Shown: positions 30,970 to 40,445 of the stretch, one piece after another
Position numbering within the stretch: position 1 is the first letter of the stretch
Layout: each line of letters opens with the position of its first letter
Source: a plasmid
Direction: 5' to 3' (one strand)
Sequence record: AP025967.1
Length of the DNA stretch: 64,000 nucleotides
Translations under genes and position numbers: made by a program
Notes under the pieces: model-generated
The model's database searches: none
Told to the model about the DNA's origin: nothing
Seen by the model: only the letters and a program-made list of their open reading frames with translations

Positions 30970-31628
30970 TGTGCCACCTCGTCATCAATTCTATAAGTTA
31001 ATACTTTAAAGCCTAAAGGATTTAAAAATCTGTTTTCTTCACTAGCTTTTGCTAAGATATAGTCATAACTTAATGTTATTACTTTTGTTGCTTGAGTTGT
31101 TCCTTTGGAAGTTAAATTTTTTGTAGTAATAATTGCCCTGACTGTAGCAGTTTTCACTCCGTTACTTTCTCCTAAAACAATACTTAAAATTTGAACACTT
31201 ACTTCATTGGAGTTTTTTAGAATTTGATCTCTTGCATTATCACCTTCATATAAAGCCCTATATTCATTTGCTACTTTTTCAGAACTCATTAATTGAGTAA
31301 GTAAATAATCTTGATTTAAAAGATCATAATAATAGCCTTCTCTAGCTTTTACATAAGTGCTAATAAAATATTTATCTAATGCTTCATTTGCTTTAATTTC
31401 TTTTTCATCAAGCATGGTTAAAATATCAACCATTCCTGTAGTATTGTCTACTCTTATTACATAAGGTTCTATTGTTTTTAAAGGAGTAAGTAAAACAACA
31501 GCTATAATGGAAATAATGGCTATAAAAATAGAAATAAAAGCAATAAGCCAAGCTCTTTTATTACTTTTTTCAATTAAGTATCTAAAACTTGCTTCATAAT
31601 CTATTGCAGTATTAAACTCATTTTTCAT
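30966..31628 (-). CDS. virB8: VirB8
   Basis: Single N-terminal TM (WLIAFISIFIAIISIIAVVLL) plus periplasmic domain; 220 aa. Confidence 0.7.
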   Translation of the reverse strand: MKNEFNTAIDYEASFRYLIEKSNKRAWLIAFISIFIAIISIIAVVLLTPLKTIEPYVIRVDNTTGMVDILTMLDEKEIKANEALDKYFISTYVKAREGYYYDLLNQDYLLTQLMSSEKVANEYRALYEGDNARDQILKNSNEVSVQILSIVLGESNGVKTATVRAIITTKNLTSKGTTQATKVITLSYDYILAKASEENRFLNPLGFKVLTYRIDDEVAQ

Positions 31629-31785
31629 CCATAGTTCCTTTATTTAAATCTTTGTTTTGAGTATTAACAGGAATCCATCCTGTTTGATTATTAAAAAATT
31701 CATCATATTTACCCTGATTTTTAGTGCTACAAGCACTAAAAAATAAAACACCAAGTAATAAAATAAAAATTAATTTAGCCTGCAT
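31618..31785 (-). CDS. virB7: VirB7-like small lipoprotein
   Basis: Start MQAKLIFILLLGVLFFSAC gives a lipobox Cys; ~55 aa; between virB6 and virB8. Confidence 0.55.
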   Translation of the reverse strand: MQAKLIFILLLGVLFFSACSTKNQGKYDEFFNNQTGWIPVNTQNKDLNKGTMDEK

Positions 31786-32773
31786 TTCTAGCCCTCTCAT
31801 ACATTTTTTTAGCAAAACTATAACCGCCTTTAGCACTAGCCAAAGTACCTTTGGCTGCTAATTTTCCACCAGCTTTTGCTGTATTTACAGTTTTTCCTGC
31901 GACTTTGCCTCCAGTCCAACCTGCTAATCTACCAACAGGGTTTAAAACAGAACCTATTACTCCGCCCATAGCTCCTTCCATTGAAACATTTGCAACTTTT
32001 TCGGCATAAAATTTTGCAGAAATAATCATAATGACAAGAACTAAAGCGGCAATGACAAAGAAAATACTTGTGCCTAATACTTCGTCTCCTGCTTGAGTTA
32101 CTTTTGCAAAATACTTAATCCAAGTTGATATTTGCTCCATAAAAACACCCAAAAATAAGCCTACAAGCAAAATGACTAAAGTATTTGAAAGTAAAAGTCC
32201 TATCCACTGTGTAAAAACATTTTTAGTGGCTTTAAAAACTAAAAGCCAAAATACTATAGGGGCGGTGATTACAAGCAGTGTTTGTGTGAAGGTAGTAACA
32301 ACAAAGATTGTAAGTGCAGGAACTACAGCAATTGCAAATCCTACATAACAAAGTAGCATTGCTACAATAGCTAAAATAGCACCTCCAACACCACTTGATT
32401 TAGCCCAAATTATGTTTGTAAGTTGTGCCGTGTTTGCATACATTTCATCTAGTGTTTTATACATTTGCGTTCCGCCTCCTGCCCACTCGTATAATCCATC
32501 CATTGTTGAAATTGTTAAATCTAGCCAACCCCCTAAATTTAAGGCAAAAGTAATGGCAACAAGCTTTCCAACTATATCCCCAGTTAATTCTCTAATAGGA
32601 CTTTGACTTCTACCCATTAAGACTTCGTAGCCTTTATACATAATGACTAAAGTGATAATAATAGAAAGCAATACGCTAAGTTCTGCAACCTTATCATTTG
32701 TGCCTACTTGTCTTATAGCATCAACAATTTGTTGTATGCTTTCGCCTAGAGTTTGAAAAAGATCTAAATTCAT
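31775..32773 (-). CDS. virB6: VirB6 polytopic inner-membrane protein
   Basis: 332 aa with multiple TM helices. Its first ~20 codons are copied at 45430-45500 and, diverged, at 7430-7459 and 62538-62575. Confidence 0.75.
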   Translation of the reverse strand: MNLDLFQTLGESIQQIVDAIRQVGTNDKVAELSVLLSIIITLVIMYKGYEVLMGRSQSPIRELTGDIVGKLVAITFALNLGGWLDLTISTMDGLYEWAGGGTQMYKTLDEMYANTAQLTNIIWAKSSGVGGAILAIVAMLLCYVGFAIAVVPALTIFVVTTFTQTLLVITAPIVFWLLVFKATKNVFTQWIGLLLSNTLVILLVGLFLGVFMEQISTWIKYFAKVTQAGDEVLGTSIFFVIAALVLVIMIISAKFYAEKVANVSMEGAMGGVIGSVLNPVGRLAGWTGGKVAGKTVNTAKAGGKLAAKGTLASAKGGYSFAKKMYERARNAG

Positions 32774-33741
32774 TTGTTGTTCTTAAAAAATTCCATAGCA
32801 CTTTCTCGTGGCTTTTGTAACGACTTAGAATATTCTTGCATAGCCATATCTTCTTTAATTTTTCTTTGGTTTTCATAACTTGCATTGGCTAAATCAACTT
32901 GATTTTTAACCATTTGAATTTTTGCCACTTCTAACTGAATAGCATTGCCAACATCTGTGCTTTCTTTAATATCTTTGGAATTTACTAATTTATCTTGCAA
33001 CTTTTGAAGTGTTTGGCTAATCGTATCCATTTGTTTTGAAGCTTGATTATAGGTTTCTACTTGAGCAGCATAAGTGATTAAATTCATTTTGCAAATGTTT
33101 TTTTCTGATTGACTTAAAAAATCAAAATTACATCGATCAAAGCTCGTATATTTTCCAAAAATTTCATTACCTTTATCACTTAAAAATTTTTGTGGATCTC
33201 TTAATACATCATTGTAGAATGATTGAATATTTTGCCCAGCTTCAGCAAAATCTGAATATATTTGTTTAATATCTTTTAGAAAAGTTACTGAATCTCTAAT
33301 GCCTGTTTTTGATAAAAGTTCATCTTTGTAAGCTTGAATTTGTTTTTGATAGTGTGCTACCGTTTCAGTCCATCTTGAAGCATCTTTAGCCCATTCTGCC
33401 ACTTGTTTAGCGTTTTGTGTAGCCATTTGCTGATTTGCTGTTACATCAACTACAGGAATACCAGCACTAAATGCTAAGTTAGGCAAAACTAATAAGGAAG
33501 TAAGAATAAGAATAGATTTTTTAAATTTTTGGATATAATTTTGTGGGGTTAGCCATAGGGCTGCAACCCTGTGGCTAGATTTAACCTCAGAAAAGAGGTG
33601 GTTAAATTGAGTTACACAAATCTCATAGTTATAATTATACTCCTTTGTATAATTATAGTCAAGGCTTATTAGTCTTGCCCCATTTTCATGGGGATGAGAT
33701 TTCCCTATGGCTTTATTAACACCAAAGATATTTTTTTTCAT
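32770..33741 (-). CDS. virB5: VirB5/TrbJ-like protein; true start uncertain
   Basis: Signal peptide (ILILTSLLVLPNLAFSAG) and coiled-coil body. No in-frame ATG just before the signal peptide. C-terminal 19 aa are shared with the 45504-45767 lipoprotein. Confidence 0.6.
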   Translation of the reverse strand: MKKNIFGVNKAIGKSHPHENGARLISLDYNYTKEYNYNYEICVTQFNHLFSEVKSSHRVAALWLTPQNYIQKFKKSILILTSLLVLPNLAFSAGIPVVDVTANQQMATQNAKQVAEWAKDASRWTETVAHYQKQIQAYKDELLSKTGIRDSVTFLKDIKQIYSDFAEAGQNIQSFYNDVLRDPQKFLSDKGNEIFGKYTSFDRCNFDFLSQSEKNICKMNLITYAAQVETYNQASKQMDTISQTLQKLQDKLVNSKDIKESTDVGNAIQLEVAKIQMVKNQVDLANASYENQRKIKEDMAMQEYSKSLQKPRESAMEFFKNNK

Positions 33742-33744
33742 TTT

Positions 33745-34020
33745 TTACCTTTCAAATGATTTTTCTTGTTTTTTGCAAAGCTCTTTATCAATAGCTTCAT
33801 CTAATGCTTGGTTTATATCTTCTTGTAAAAAAGAAGATATAGATTTATGATTGATATAAAATTCATATACTTCATCTAAAATTATTTCTATTTGATCTGA
33901 ATTAAGATCTTCCATTGAAGAACTTTTTTCAAATAAAAACAAAGCTTTAATCAGCTTTTCATGATTTGAAGTTTCTAATTCTTGTGCTAATTCTTCTACA
34001 CTTAAATTTTTTATAGACAT
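33745..34020 (-). CDS. Small acidic hypothetical protein
   Basis: 91-aa ORF inside the T4SS operon. Confidence 0.45.
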   Translation of the reverse strand: MSIKNLSVEELAQELETSNHEKLIKALFLFEKSSSMEDLNSDQIEIILDEVYEFYINHKSISSFLQEDINQALDEAIDKELCKKQEKSFER

Positions 34021-34035
34021 TTTTATCCTTAAATC

Positions 34036-34461
34036 TTAAAATACTTGTGTTTCTTCAGATTCTATATTTGTGTTTTCATAATCAATATTTGGCTCTTTTG
34101 GTGGGACTTGTGGATTTTGTGTTCCATTGTCATCTTTATCTTTTTTGCCAAGCCAATAAAATTTAGATACAATCACACTTAACATTGTTTTAGTCTTTCC
34201 ATCTTCATCTTGATATTGATTGGATGATAATTCTCCACTACACGCAAACTGCGAACCTTTTTTAATGTGCGTTGATGCACTTTCTGCACTTTTGCCAAAT
34301 AAAACAATAGGTATCCAAGTCGTGCTACTTTCTTCATTGCCTCTTTCATTTTTCCATCGCTTAGTAATGGCAAGAGAATTTTTTGCATAAACTCTTCCGC
34401 TATTTGTAGCACCTACTTCAAAATCTTTTCCTAAGTATCCGATTAGATTTACATTATTCAT
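34036..34461 (-). CDS. ssb: Single-stranded DNA-binding protein
   Basis: OB-fold N-terminus (MNNVNLIGYLGKDFEV...TWIPIVLFGKSAE) and acidic C-terminal tail. Confidence 0.8.
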   Translation of the reverse strand: MNNVNLIGYLGKDFEVGATNSGRVYAKNSLAITKRWKNERGNEESSTTWIPIVLFGKSAESASTHIKKGSQFACSGELSSNQYQDEDGKTKTMLSVIVSKFYWLGKKDKDDNGTQNPQVPPKEPNIDYENTNIESEETQVF

Positions 34462-34494
34462 TGTTTAACTCCTTTTTGTTGGTGTAATATTTTT

Positions 34495-35061
34495 TCATCT
34501 TTTAAACTCCTTATTTATAGATTTAATTGCATTTGTTTTTTTGGTGCTAAATTCTTCTAATTTTGCTTTAAAATCATTTGCAGATTTGTCTTTTTGTGGT
34601 ATAGTTTGATTGATAGTTGCAGAAAGTGCATTTGCACCAGATGGATTTTTATCCATTAGCTCCAATCCATTAAGTTGGTGTGTAGAGAGTGTTGGGGTCT
34701 CTACCTGCAACAGATTATCTTTATTGTTTAATCTATTAAACTCTTTTATTCTTTTTTTATTTGCATGAAATATCTCATTTGTTCCACTTTCGTTTTTTAT
34801 AACTACATCAGCCATTTTTTTATCATTTATGATTTTTGCTGCTTTAATAATTTCATAATTTCTTTTATCTCTATTTGCATCAACAATGATTTCAGGTTCG
34901 CTTACTACTTTATTAATTACTTCTTTGACTTCTTGCATATCCTTAAACATTTCAGGATGATTTGTATATAATTTTTTTAAATCCGCAATTGCTTCTTTAT
35001 CTCCTAAAAGCTCTGATAATCTTTCGCAAAGTTCAAAAATTTCTAATTCTTTATCACTCAT
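34495..35061 (-). CDS. Hypothetical protein (188 aa)
   Basis: ORF between ssb and the Rha-like gene. Confidence 0.45.
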   Translation of the reverse strand: MSDKELEIFELCERLSELLGDKEAIADLKKLYTNHPEMFKDMQEVKEVINKVVSEPEIIVDANRDKRNYEIIKAAKIINDKKMADVVIKNESGTNEIFHANKKRIKEFNRLNNKDNLLQVETPTLSTHQLNGLELMDKNPSGANALSATINQTIPQKDKSANDFKAKLEEFSTKKTNAIKSINKEFKR

Positions 35062-35615
35062 TGCAACTTCTTTGGATCTTTTGGTGTGCGATTATCAACA
35101 AGATAATTTAAAGAAAATACATTTTTAGCTTCTTTAGAATAAGGGTTATCTGTGATAATCACACTAACTTTGTAATCGTTTTGTGGTAAGTTTGGATAAA
35201 TAAGTTCCATCAAATCTGTTAAGTATTTGTTAGGGCTTTTAATTTCTTTTTGTAAAAGTTTTTCCATTTCATTAAAAGCATTGATAAAAAGTATTTTCCA
35301 TTGTAATGCTTCTTTACCTGTAAAACCCATCGCTAAAAGAGAGAATCCATCACGAGTTAAGTTGTAATATGGATATTTTCTTTCTCTACCTTTAAAACCT
35401 TGTATTTTACGGACTTTGAATGAAAGCTCAAAATTGAGCTTACATTGCAAATCCCCTATTTCTCGCAAATCATTTAAAATGTTTTCAATATCTCTTAAAA
35501 TATTTTTATGCTCTTTGTCAAAAACCTTAGCCACATCTAAACTTGTGCAAAAAATTTGATTATTTTGAGTGTCAAATTGCACTTCTTGTTTATTAATAAT
35601 GACTTTATTGCTCAT
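35058..35615 (-). CDS. Rha-family (phage regulatory protein) domain protein
   Basis: 'VAKVFDKEHKNILRDIENIL' matches the Rha signature F-x-K-x-H-x-N-[VI]-L-R-D-I. Confidence 0.6.
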   Translation of the reverse strand: MSNKVIINKQEVQFDTQNNQIFCTSLDVAKVFDKEHKNILRDIENILNDLREIGDLQCKLNFELSFKVRKIQGFKGRERKYPYYNLTRDGFSLLAMGFTGKEALQWKILFINAFNEMEKLLQKEIKSPNKYLTDLMELIYPNLPQNDYKVSVIITDNPYSKEAKNVFSLNYLVDNRTPKDPKKLQ

Positions 35616-35625
35616 TTTTTATCTC

Positions 35626-38394
35626 CTATGAGTTTTTATAAAATTCTTTCAGCTCTAATACTTTTTCATCAAGACTTTTATTTTCTTGTGAAAAAATCTT
35701 TTCTATAGTGTCTATATGTGCTGTTCCAGTTGATAGTATTTTTAAATTTTCATTACCTAATGAGCTAAGATCAAGAGTGCAAATCACTTTTTCATCTTGT
35801 CTTTTAATTAAAAATTGTCTTTTGGATGGTTTGAAACTTTTAATAATCATGTATTCATCATAACTTAAACCTATTCCATTGACATATTCTTCTTCTTTGG
35901 CTTTTGGATTCGGTAAAAAAACCATTGTTGCTGATTGTTCTATAAGAGTTGTTGCATTTTTAAGCTTTAAAAAGTCTTCTACGCTTTGTGTAGCAAGTCT
36001 TAAAAATCCATTCTGTTTCCTAATAGTTTTAAATTTGTTTTTAACTTCTTCTTGCACAATTTCATTTTCTAGCCACTTCCAAGCTTCATCAATATCAATA
36101 CAAAGTCTTCTGCCATCTGCTAAACTCATTACACGCCAAAGAATGTAATAGCTTAATATCCCTGATACATCTTTATCATCAAGAAATTCAGTTCCATCGA
36201 TTCCAAATAAATTAATATCATCAGGAAAATCTAAATTATCATATTCATTGTCAAAAACCCAGCCAAATTGTTTGCCTTTTTTGAAAAGTGCTAATCTTGA
36301 TTTAAGAGAATTATCATCATCTACATTTTCAGTTAAGTTTTCAAGTAATAAAGAAATAGGATATTTTCTTTCTTCTTTTTCAAAACCTTTCATAAGAGAA
36401 TTAACAGCATTATTGAGCATTTCTTCTTCTCTAGTTGTAAGAATTTCATTATTTCTAGTTACTAAAAGTTTCATTAGCGATTGAAGTTGTCTTATATTTT
36501 CTTGTGTGCTTTCAACCATGAAAGGATTAAATCCTGTAGGCTTACCATTTTCAATACTAATATATCTACCGCCAGCACAAAGTATATTGCCTAAAGCACC
36601 TTTATCTTTATCTAAATAAATGGCTGTAAATTTTTTGTTTTCTTCAGGAATATCATCAGGAAATGTATCTTTGCTAGCGTATTTCATCATTTGATCTACA
36701 ATAAAGTTCATAAACACTGTTTTACCGCCACCACTTTGTCCTAAAATTAAGGTATTAGCTAAAAAGAGTTCTCCGAAATCATTTTTATTTGCACCAGAAC
36801 TTTGGTGAAAATTAAAATAATAAGGTTGTTTGTTTGGTGTTTTCAAAATGCTAACAGCGTCGCCCCAGCAGTTTTTGTCTCTTTTGCCCATAGAAAAATT
36901 ATGTAGAGCAATTAAAGATGAATAATTAATGGATGAGATAAGATTAATGCGTGGGCGTATTGCAAAATTTGATGGTAGTTGCGAAAAAAATGTCGCAGGT
37001 AGGGCGATCGTTGCTAAAGTTACTCCAAATCCTAATTCGTTCATCTTTGTAACAACTTCATTTGTGTTGTCTTTACATTCTTTTATAGTATTTCCATACA
37101 CAAGAATTGAAAAATGATATTTGCCAAAAGAGATTTCCCCATTTGTAAGTTGATCCAAAGCTTCATCTATTTGCTCTACTTGTGAAAATCCATCATCTTC
37201 AGTTGCAATGAGTTGTTTTTTCTGTTTAGATATTGCTGATTTTGCATCCACTCTAGGAATAGGAGAAAAGCTTTGAGTTATAGTGTATTCCACATCTAAA
37301 TACATTAGGATATCTAAAATTCCTGCAAAAGTTTCATTTGTATAGTCTTTAATTTCAATGCATCTAGCAAATTTTTTTGTGCTATCATTTTGGTTAAATT
37401 GAATAGTATCGTGTCCAAATTGTATGTTTTGTAAATTACCATTAAGGTACTGATCTATGGGACTTGATAATACTCTTATAGGATTAAATTTACCACCAAG
37501 TAAATAATTATAAAATTCTAGTTGTTTAGAGTAGGTTTTATCATCTTTGGAATATGTTTTTAATCTTTTTGGGTTAAAATCTTTAATATTTGCTTCTAGT
37601 CTATCAGCAAATTCACTAAATTTAGCTAGAAATACGCTAATTGTTTTTCTTTTATTTTCAAAAGAGCTTTTCATAAAAGTTGTTTTTTCTATTTTCACTT
37701 TTAAAGGATTGAAAATAAGAGTTAAATATAAAGAATTTTTTCTAAGAGTTCCTTGCTTAAAACTCTCATAATATTTTCTGTCAATTTCTTCTAAAAAAGC
37801 ATTATTAAATTTCGAAGTTAATTTGTCTTCGATAGAATATCTACAATTATGAAAATAAAAGCTTACAGGTTCATTTGCAAATGATTTAAATAGCATATTC
37901 AAAAGATCATTTTTAATATCTAGCTCATCATCATCTTCTGCTTCAAAACTAATTCCTCCAATCTCCCAAGTTGTCATTAAAAGATAATCTTTTGTAATGA
38001 CTACAGAATCGTTTATTAGTGATGAAAAAGGAATTAATTTTTCAAAATTAGGTTCTGCATTAAGTCCGAAAACAGATATTTTTGGAAAATTAGAATTTGG
38101 CGGCATTTGTCTATAAGAGTTTGTGCTGTAAGTTTTAACCTTATGATAATTTTTGGAAGCAGGATTGGAGAAAAATCTCATTTTTAAAAACATTAATCGA
38201 AAAATAAAATCATCTCTTTTTGTCATTGCTTTCATAATAAAAAACACAGGAATAGAAAAGCCAACTAAAAAAATGTTTTGACTATAAAATGCAATTAAAA
38301 TGATACATCCCATCGCTATAACAAAAGGCGTCATCGGAACGCCAAAAATCATAGGTGGACGCGTTAAACCTTTAAAAAGTGGATTTTTCTCCAT
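35626..38394 (-). CDS. virB4: Fused VirB3-VirB4 ATPase
   Basis: N-terminal two-TM VirB3-like segment; Walker A 'GQSGGGKTVFMNF'; 922 aa. Confidence 0.85.
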   Translation of the reverse strand: MEKNPLFKGLTRPPMIFGVPMTPFVIAMGCIILIAFYSQNIFLVGFSIPVFFIMKAMTKRDDFIFRLMFLKMRFFSNPASKNYHKVKTYSTNSYRQMPPNSNFPKISVFGLNAEPNFEKLIPFSSLINDSVVITKDYLLMTTWEIGGISFEAEDDDELDIKNDLLNMLFKSFANEPVSFYFHNCRYSIEDKLTSKFNNAFLEEIDRKYYESFKQGTLRKNSLYLTLIFNPLKVKIEKTTFMKSSFENKRKTISVFLAKFSEFADRLEANIKDFNPKRLKTYSKDDKTYSKQLEFYNYLLGGKFNPIRVLSSPIDQYLNGNLQNIQFGHDTIQFNQNDSTKKFARCIEIKDYTNETFAGILDILMYLDVEYTITQSFSPIPRVDAKSAISKQKKQLIATEDDGFSQVEQIDEALDQLTNGEISFGKYHFSILVYGNTIKECKDNTNEVVTKMNELGFGVTLATIALPATFFSQLPSNFAIRPRINLISSINYSSLIALHNFSMGKRDKNCWGDAVSILKTPNKQPYYFNFHQSSGANKNDFGELFLANTLILGQSGGGKTVFMNFIVDQMMKYASKDTFPDDIPEENKKFTAIYLDKDKGALGNILCAGGRYISIENGKPTGFNPFMVESTQENIRQLQSLMKLLVTRNNEILTTREEEMLNNAVNSLMKGFEKEERKYPISLLLENLTENVDDDNSLKSRLALFKKGKQFGWVFDNEYDNLDFPDDINLFGIDGTEFLDDKDVSGILSYYILWRVMSLADGRRLCIDIDEAWKWLENEIVQEEVKNKFKTIRKQNGFLRLATQSVEDFLKLKNATTLIEQSATMVFLPNPKAKEEEYVNGIGLSYDEYMIIKSFKPSKRQFLIKRQDEKVICTLDLSSLGNENLKILSTGTAHIDTIEKIFSQENKSLDEKVLELKEFYKNS

Positions 38395-38412
38395 GATTAG
38401 TCCTATTTATAT

Positions 38413-38676
38413 TTATGTAATGATATAGCCAGCAATTGCTGAAGCTGATCCAAAAATAACGCCACCGATAAAAACAGGTGCAACTTCTCTAAGAGTTTGC
38501 CCTTGATACATAATTCTGGAAGCACACCACATAAGTGCAATTGTGAGTAAAACTCCACCAAGTGCATACAAAGCAATGCTTAAGTTTTGCATAAAGGTAT
38601 TAACTTTATCAATACCACCAGCACCAAATGCAAAAATAGGACTGATTAAAATTAATGATAATAGCCTTTTTTTCAT
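38413..38676 (-). CDS. virB2: VirB2/TrbC-type pilin
   Basis: Start MKKRLLSLILISPIFAFGAG, a signal peptide, with RBS AAGGA; two hydrophobic helices. Confidence 0.65.
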   Translation of the reverse strand: MKKRLLSLILISPIFAFGAGGIDKVNTFMQNLSIALYALGGVLLTIALMWCASRIMYQGQTLREVAPVFIGGVIFGSASAIAGYIIT

Positions 38677-38695
38677 CCATATCCTTTCGTTAAAA

Positions 38696-38713
38696 AATTG
38701 CTCGTTTAATTTA
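38696..38713. repeat. Left inverted repeat (AAATTGCTCGTTTAATTT) of the vapXD-recombinase cassette
   Basis: Perfect 18-bp reverse complement of 40187-40204. Lies ~20 bp upstream of the virB2 start. Confidence 0.8.
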
Positions 38714-38846
38714 TGTCTTAAATTTGTGTTTAATAAATAAATTAAATTTAGTTTTATAATTAAATTAATATTATTCAAAAGCTTTTATTTAAGTATTAGC
38801 TATTTTTTACTAGAATTTGTTAGGTTTTTGATGAAAGGATAAAAAA

Positions 38847-39170
38847 ATGGCATACCCACTTTTAGGTACAAGAATAGTATTAGATGAAGAAAAGATTTTA
38901 AAAGAAGGCAAATATAATTTAGAAGATATGTATAAAATGATAGATGAATATGCTAAAGAATCAGGAATGATAAAAATTAATAAAGAAACTTATCATTGTA
39001 AAGGGGATAAGTATGATTTAGGTTGTATGACTTTATTTATATATAAATATTTGATTGATTCTGAATGGTTTACAAAAAATGCAAAAGAATGGATTTGGAT
39101 TAGTGAAAAAGAAGGAAATAGCGATTTAATTTCTGCAAGTAAAGCTGAAGGAGAAGGAATTTGGGAATAA
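38847..39170 (+). CDS. VapX-like putative antitoxin partner of VapD
   Basis: 107-aa ORF whose stop overlaps the vapD start, as in a toxin-antitoxin pair. Confidence 0.35.
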   Translation: MAYPLLGTRIVLDEEKILKEGKYNLEDMYKMIDEYAKESGMIKINKETYHCKGDKYDLGCMTLFIYKYLIDSEWFTKNAKEWIWISEKEGNSDLISASKAEGEGIWE

Positions 39171-39538
39171 ATCGCAAAGCAATTAATTTTGATTTATCTA
39201 CAAAAAGTCTTGAAAAATATTTCAAAGATACAAGAGAACCTTATTCTTTGATTAAAAAATTTATGCTTGAAAATGGTTTCGAGCATAGACAATATTCAGG
39301 TTATACTTCAAAAGAGCCAATAAATGAAAGACGAGTTATAAGAATAGTTAATAAGCTCACTAAAAAATTTACTTGGCTTGGCGAATGTGTTAAAGAGTTT
39401 GATATTACTGAAATAGGAGAGCAGTATAGCTTAAAAGAGACTATACAAGACTTATGTGCCAAAGATTTTCATCAAAAACTTAAAGAATTTACTGAAAAAA
39501 CACCAAAAAATCAAAAGCTAAAAGATTTAGAACGATGA
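39161..39538 (+). CDS. vapD: VapD (Cas2-like endoribonuclease)
   Basis: Alignable to Helicobacter VapD: KAINFDL...LEKYF...GFEHRQYSGY...VNKL...W. Confidence 0.7.
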   Translation: MGINRKAINFDLSTKSLEKYFKDTREPYSLIKKFMLENGFEHRQYSGYTSKEPINERRVIRIVNKLTKKFTWLGECVKEFDITEIGEQYSLKETIQDLCAKDFHQKLKEFTEKTPKNQKLKDLER

Positions 39539-40149
39539 ATATAGCATACATAAGAGTATCAACAAATAAACAAGAGTTAGACTCTCAAAAGTTAGAAATT
39601 ATGGAGTATTGTCATAAAAATAATATCATTTTAGATGAAATCTTAGAAGTAAAAATAAGTTCTACAAAATCTCAAGAGAAAAGAAAAATCAAGGATTTAA
39701 AACAAAAACTAAAAGCAGGTGATTTATTAATAGCAACAGAACTTTCAAGACTTGGTAGAAGTATGCTAGAAATAATTAATTTGGTGCTTGAGTTTAATTC
39801 TAATAATATCAAATTCCTATTTTTAAGACAAATGGAACTTAGTAATTTTAATAATCCTGCTTCTAAATTAATCTTATCAGTTTATGCTTATTTAGCAGAA
39901 AATGAAAGAGATTTGATAAGTCAAAGAACTAAAGCAGGACTAGAAAATGCTAGAGCTAGTGGGAAAAAACTAGGACGCCCTAAAGGCTCATTAAATAGTA
40001 TTTATGATAAGGATATAGATAAAATACAAACCTTGCTTGATAAAGATTTATCTATTAAAAGTATTTGGAAGTTATTATACAAAGATGATGGAAAAAGCTA
40101 TGATGGTTTATTGTGGTTTATCAAAAAACGAAAATTAAAAGGAAATTAA
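39535..40149 (+). CDS. Serine recombinase (resolvase/invertase family)
   Basis: N-terminal YIRVSTNKQ (catalytic Ser), SRLGRS motif, C-terminal HTH; 204 aa. Confidence 0.85.
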   Translation: MNIAYIRVSTNKQELDSQKLEIMEYCHKNNIILDEILEVKISSTKSQEKRKIKDLKQKLKAGDLLIATELSRLGRSMLEIINLVLEFNSNNIKFLFLRQMELSNFNNPASKLILSVYAYLAENERDLISQRTKAGLENARASGKKLGRPKGSLNSIYDKDIDKIQTLLDKDLSIKSIWKLLYKDDGKSYDGLLWFIKKRKLKGN

Positions 40150-40186
40150 ATTTTTATTTAAGAAAAATATAAAAAATTTTATAATA

Positions 40187-40204
40187 AAATTAAACGAGCA
40201 ATTT
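40187..40204. repeat. Right inverted repeat (AAATTAAACGAGCAATTT) of the vapXD-recombinase cassette
   Basis: Perfect reverse complement of 38696-38713. Confidence 0.8.
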
Positions 40205-40250
40205 ACTATGTTTGGATATATTTTTAATCTAAATATAAAGGAGAATAATT

Positions 40251-40442
40251 ATGAATAATAATAATATTGATAATTTAAAATTATACATTTGCAATGAAAG
40301 CTATGACTATGAGAGAGTAATGAAAGCTTTCAAAGGAGAACAAGATCTGATCAACAAAATCCAAATCAATCAACAAAATCCAAATCAATCAACAAAATCC
40401 AAGATCAATCAACAAAATCCAAATCATACAGAACAAAAATAA
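40251..40442 (+). CDS. Small protein containing a ~20-bp tandem DNA repeat
   Basis: 63 aa; 'INQQNPN' repeats reflect four tandem units 'ATCAATCAACAAAATCCAA(G)' at 40345-40428. Confidence 0.35.
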   Translation: MNNNNIDNLKLYICNESYDYERVMKAFKGEQDLINKIQINQQNPNQSTKSKINQQNPNHTEQK

Positions 40443-40445
40443 TTT

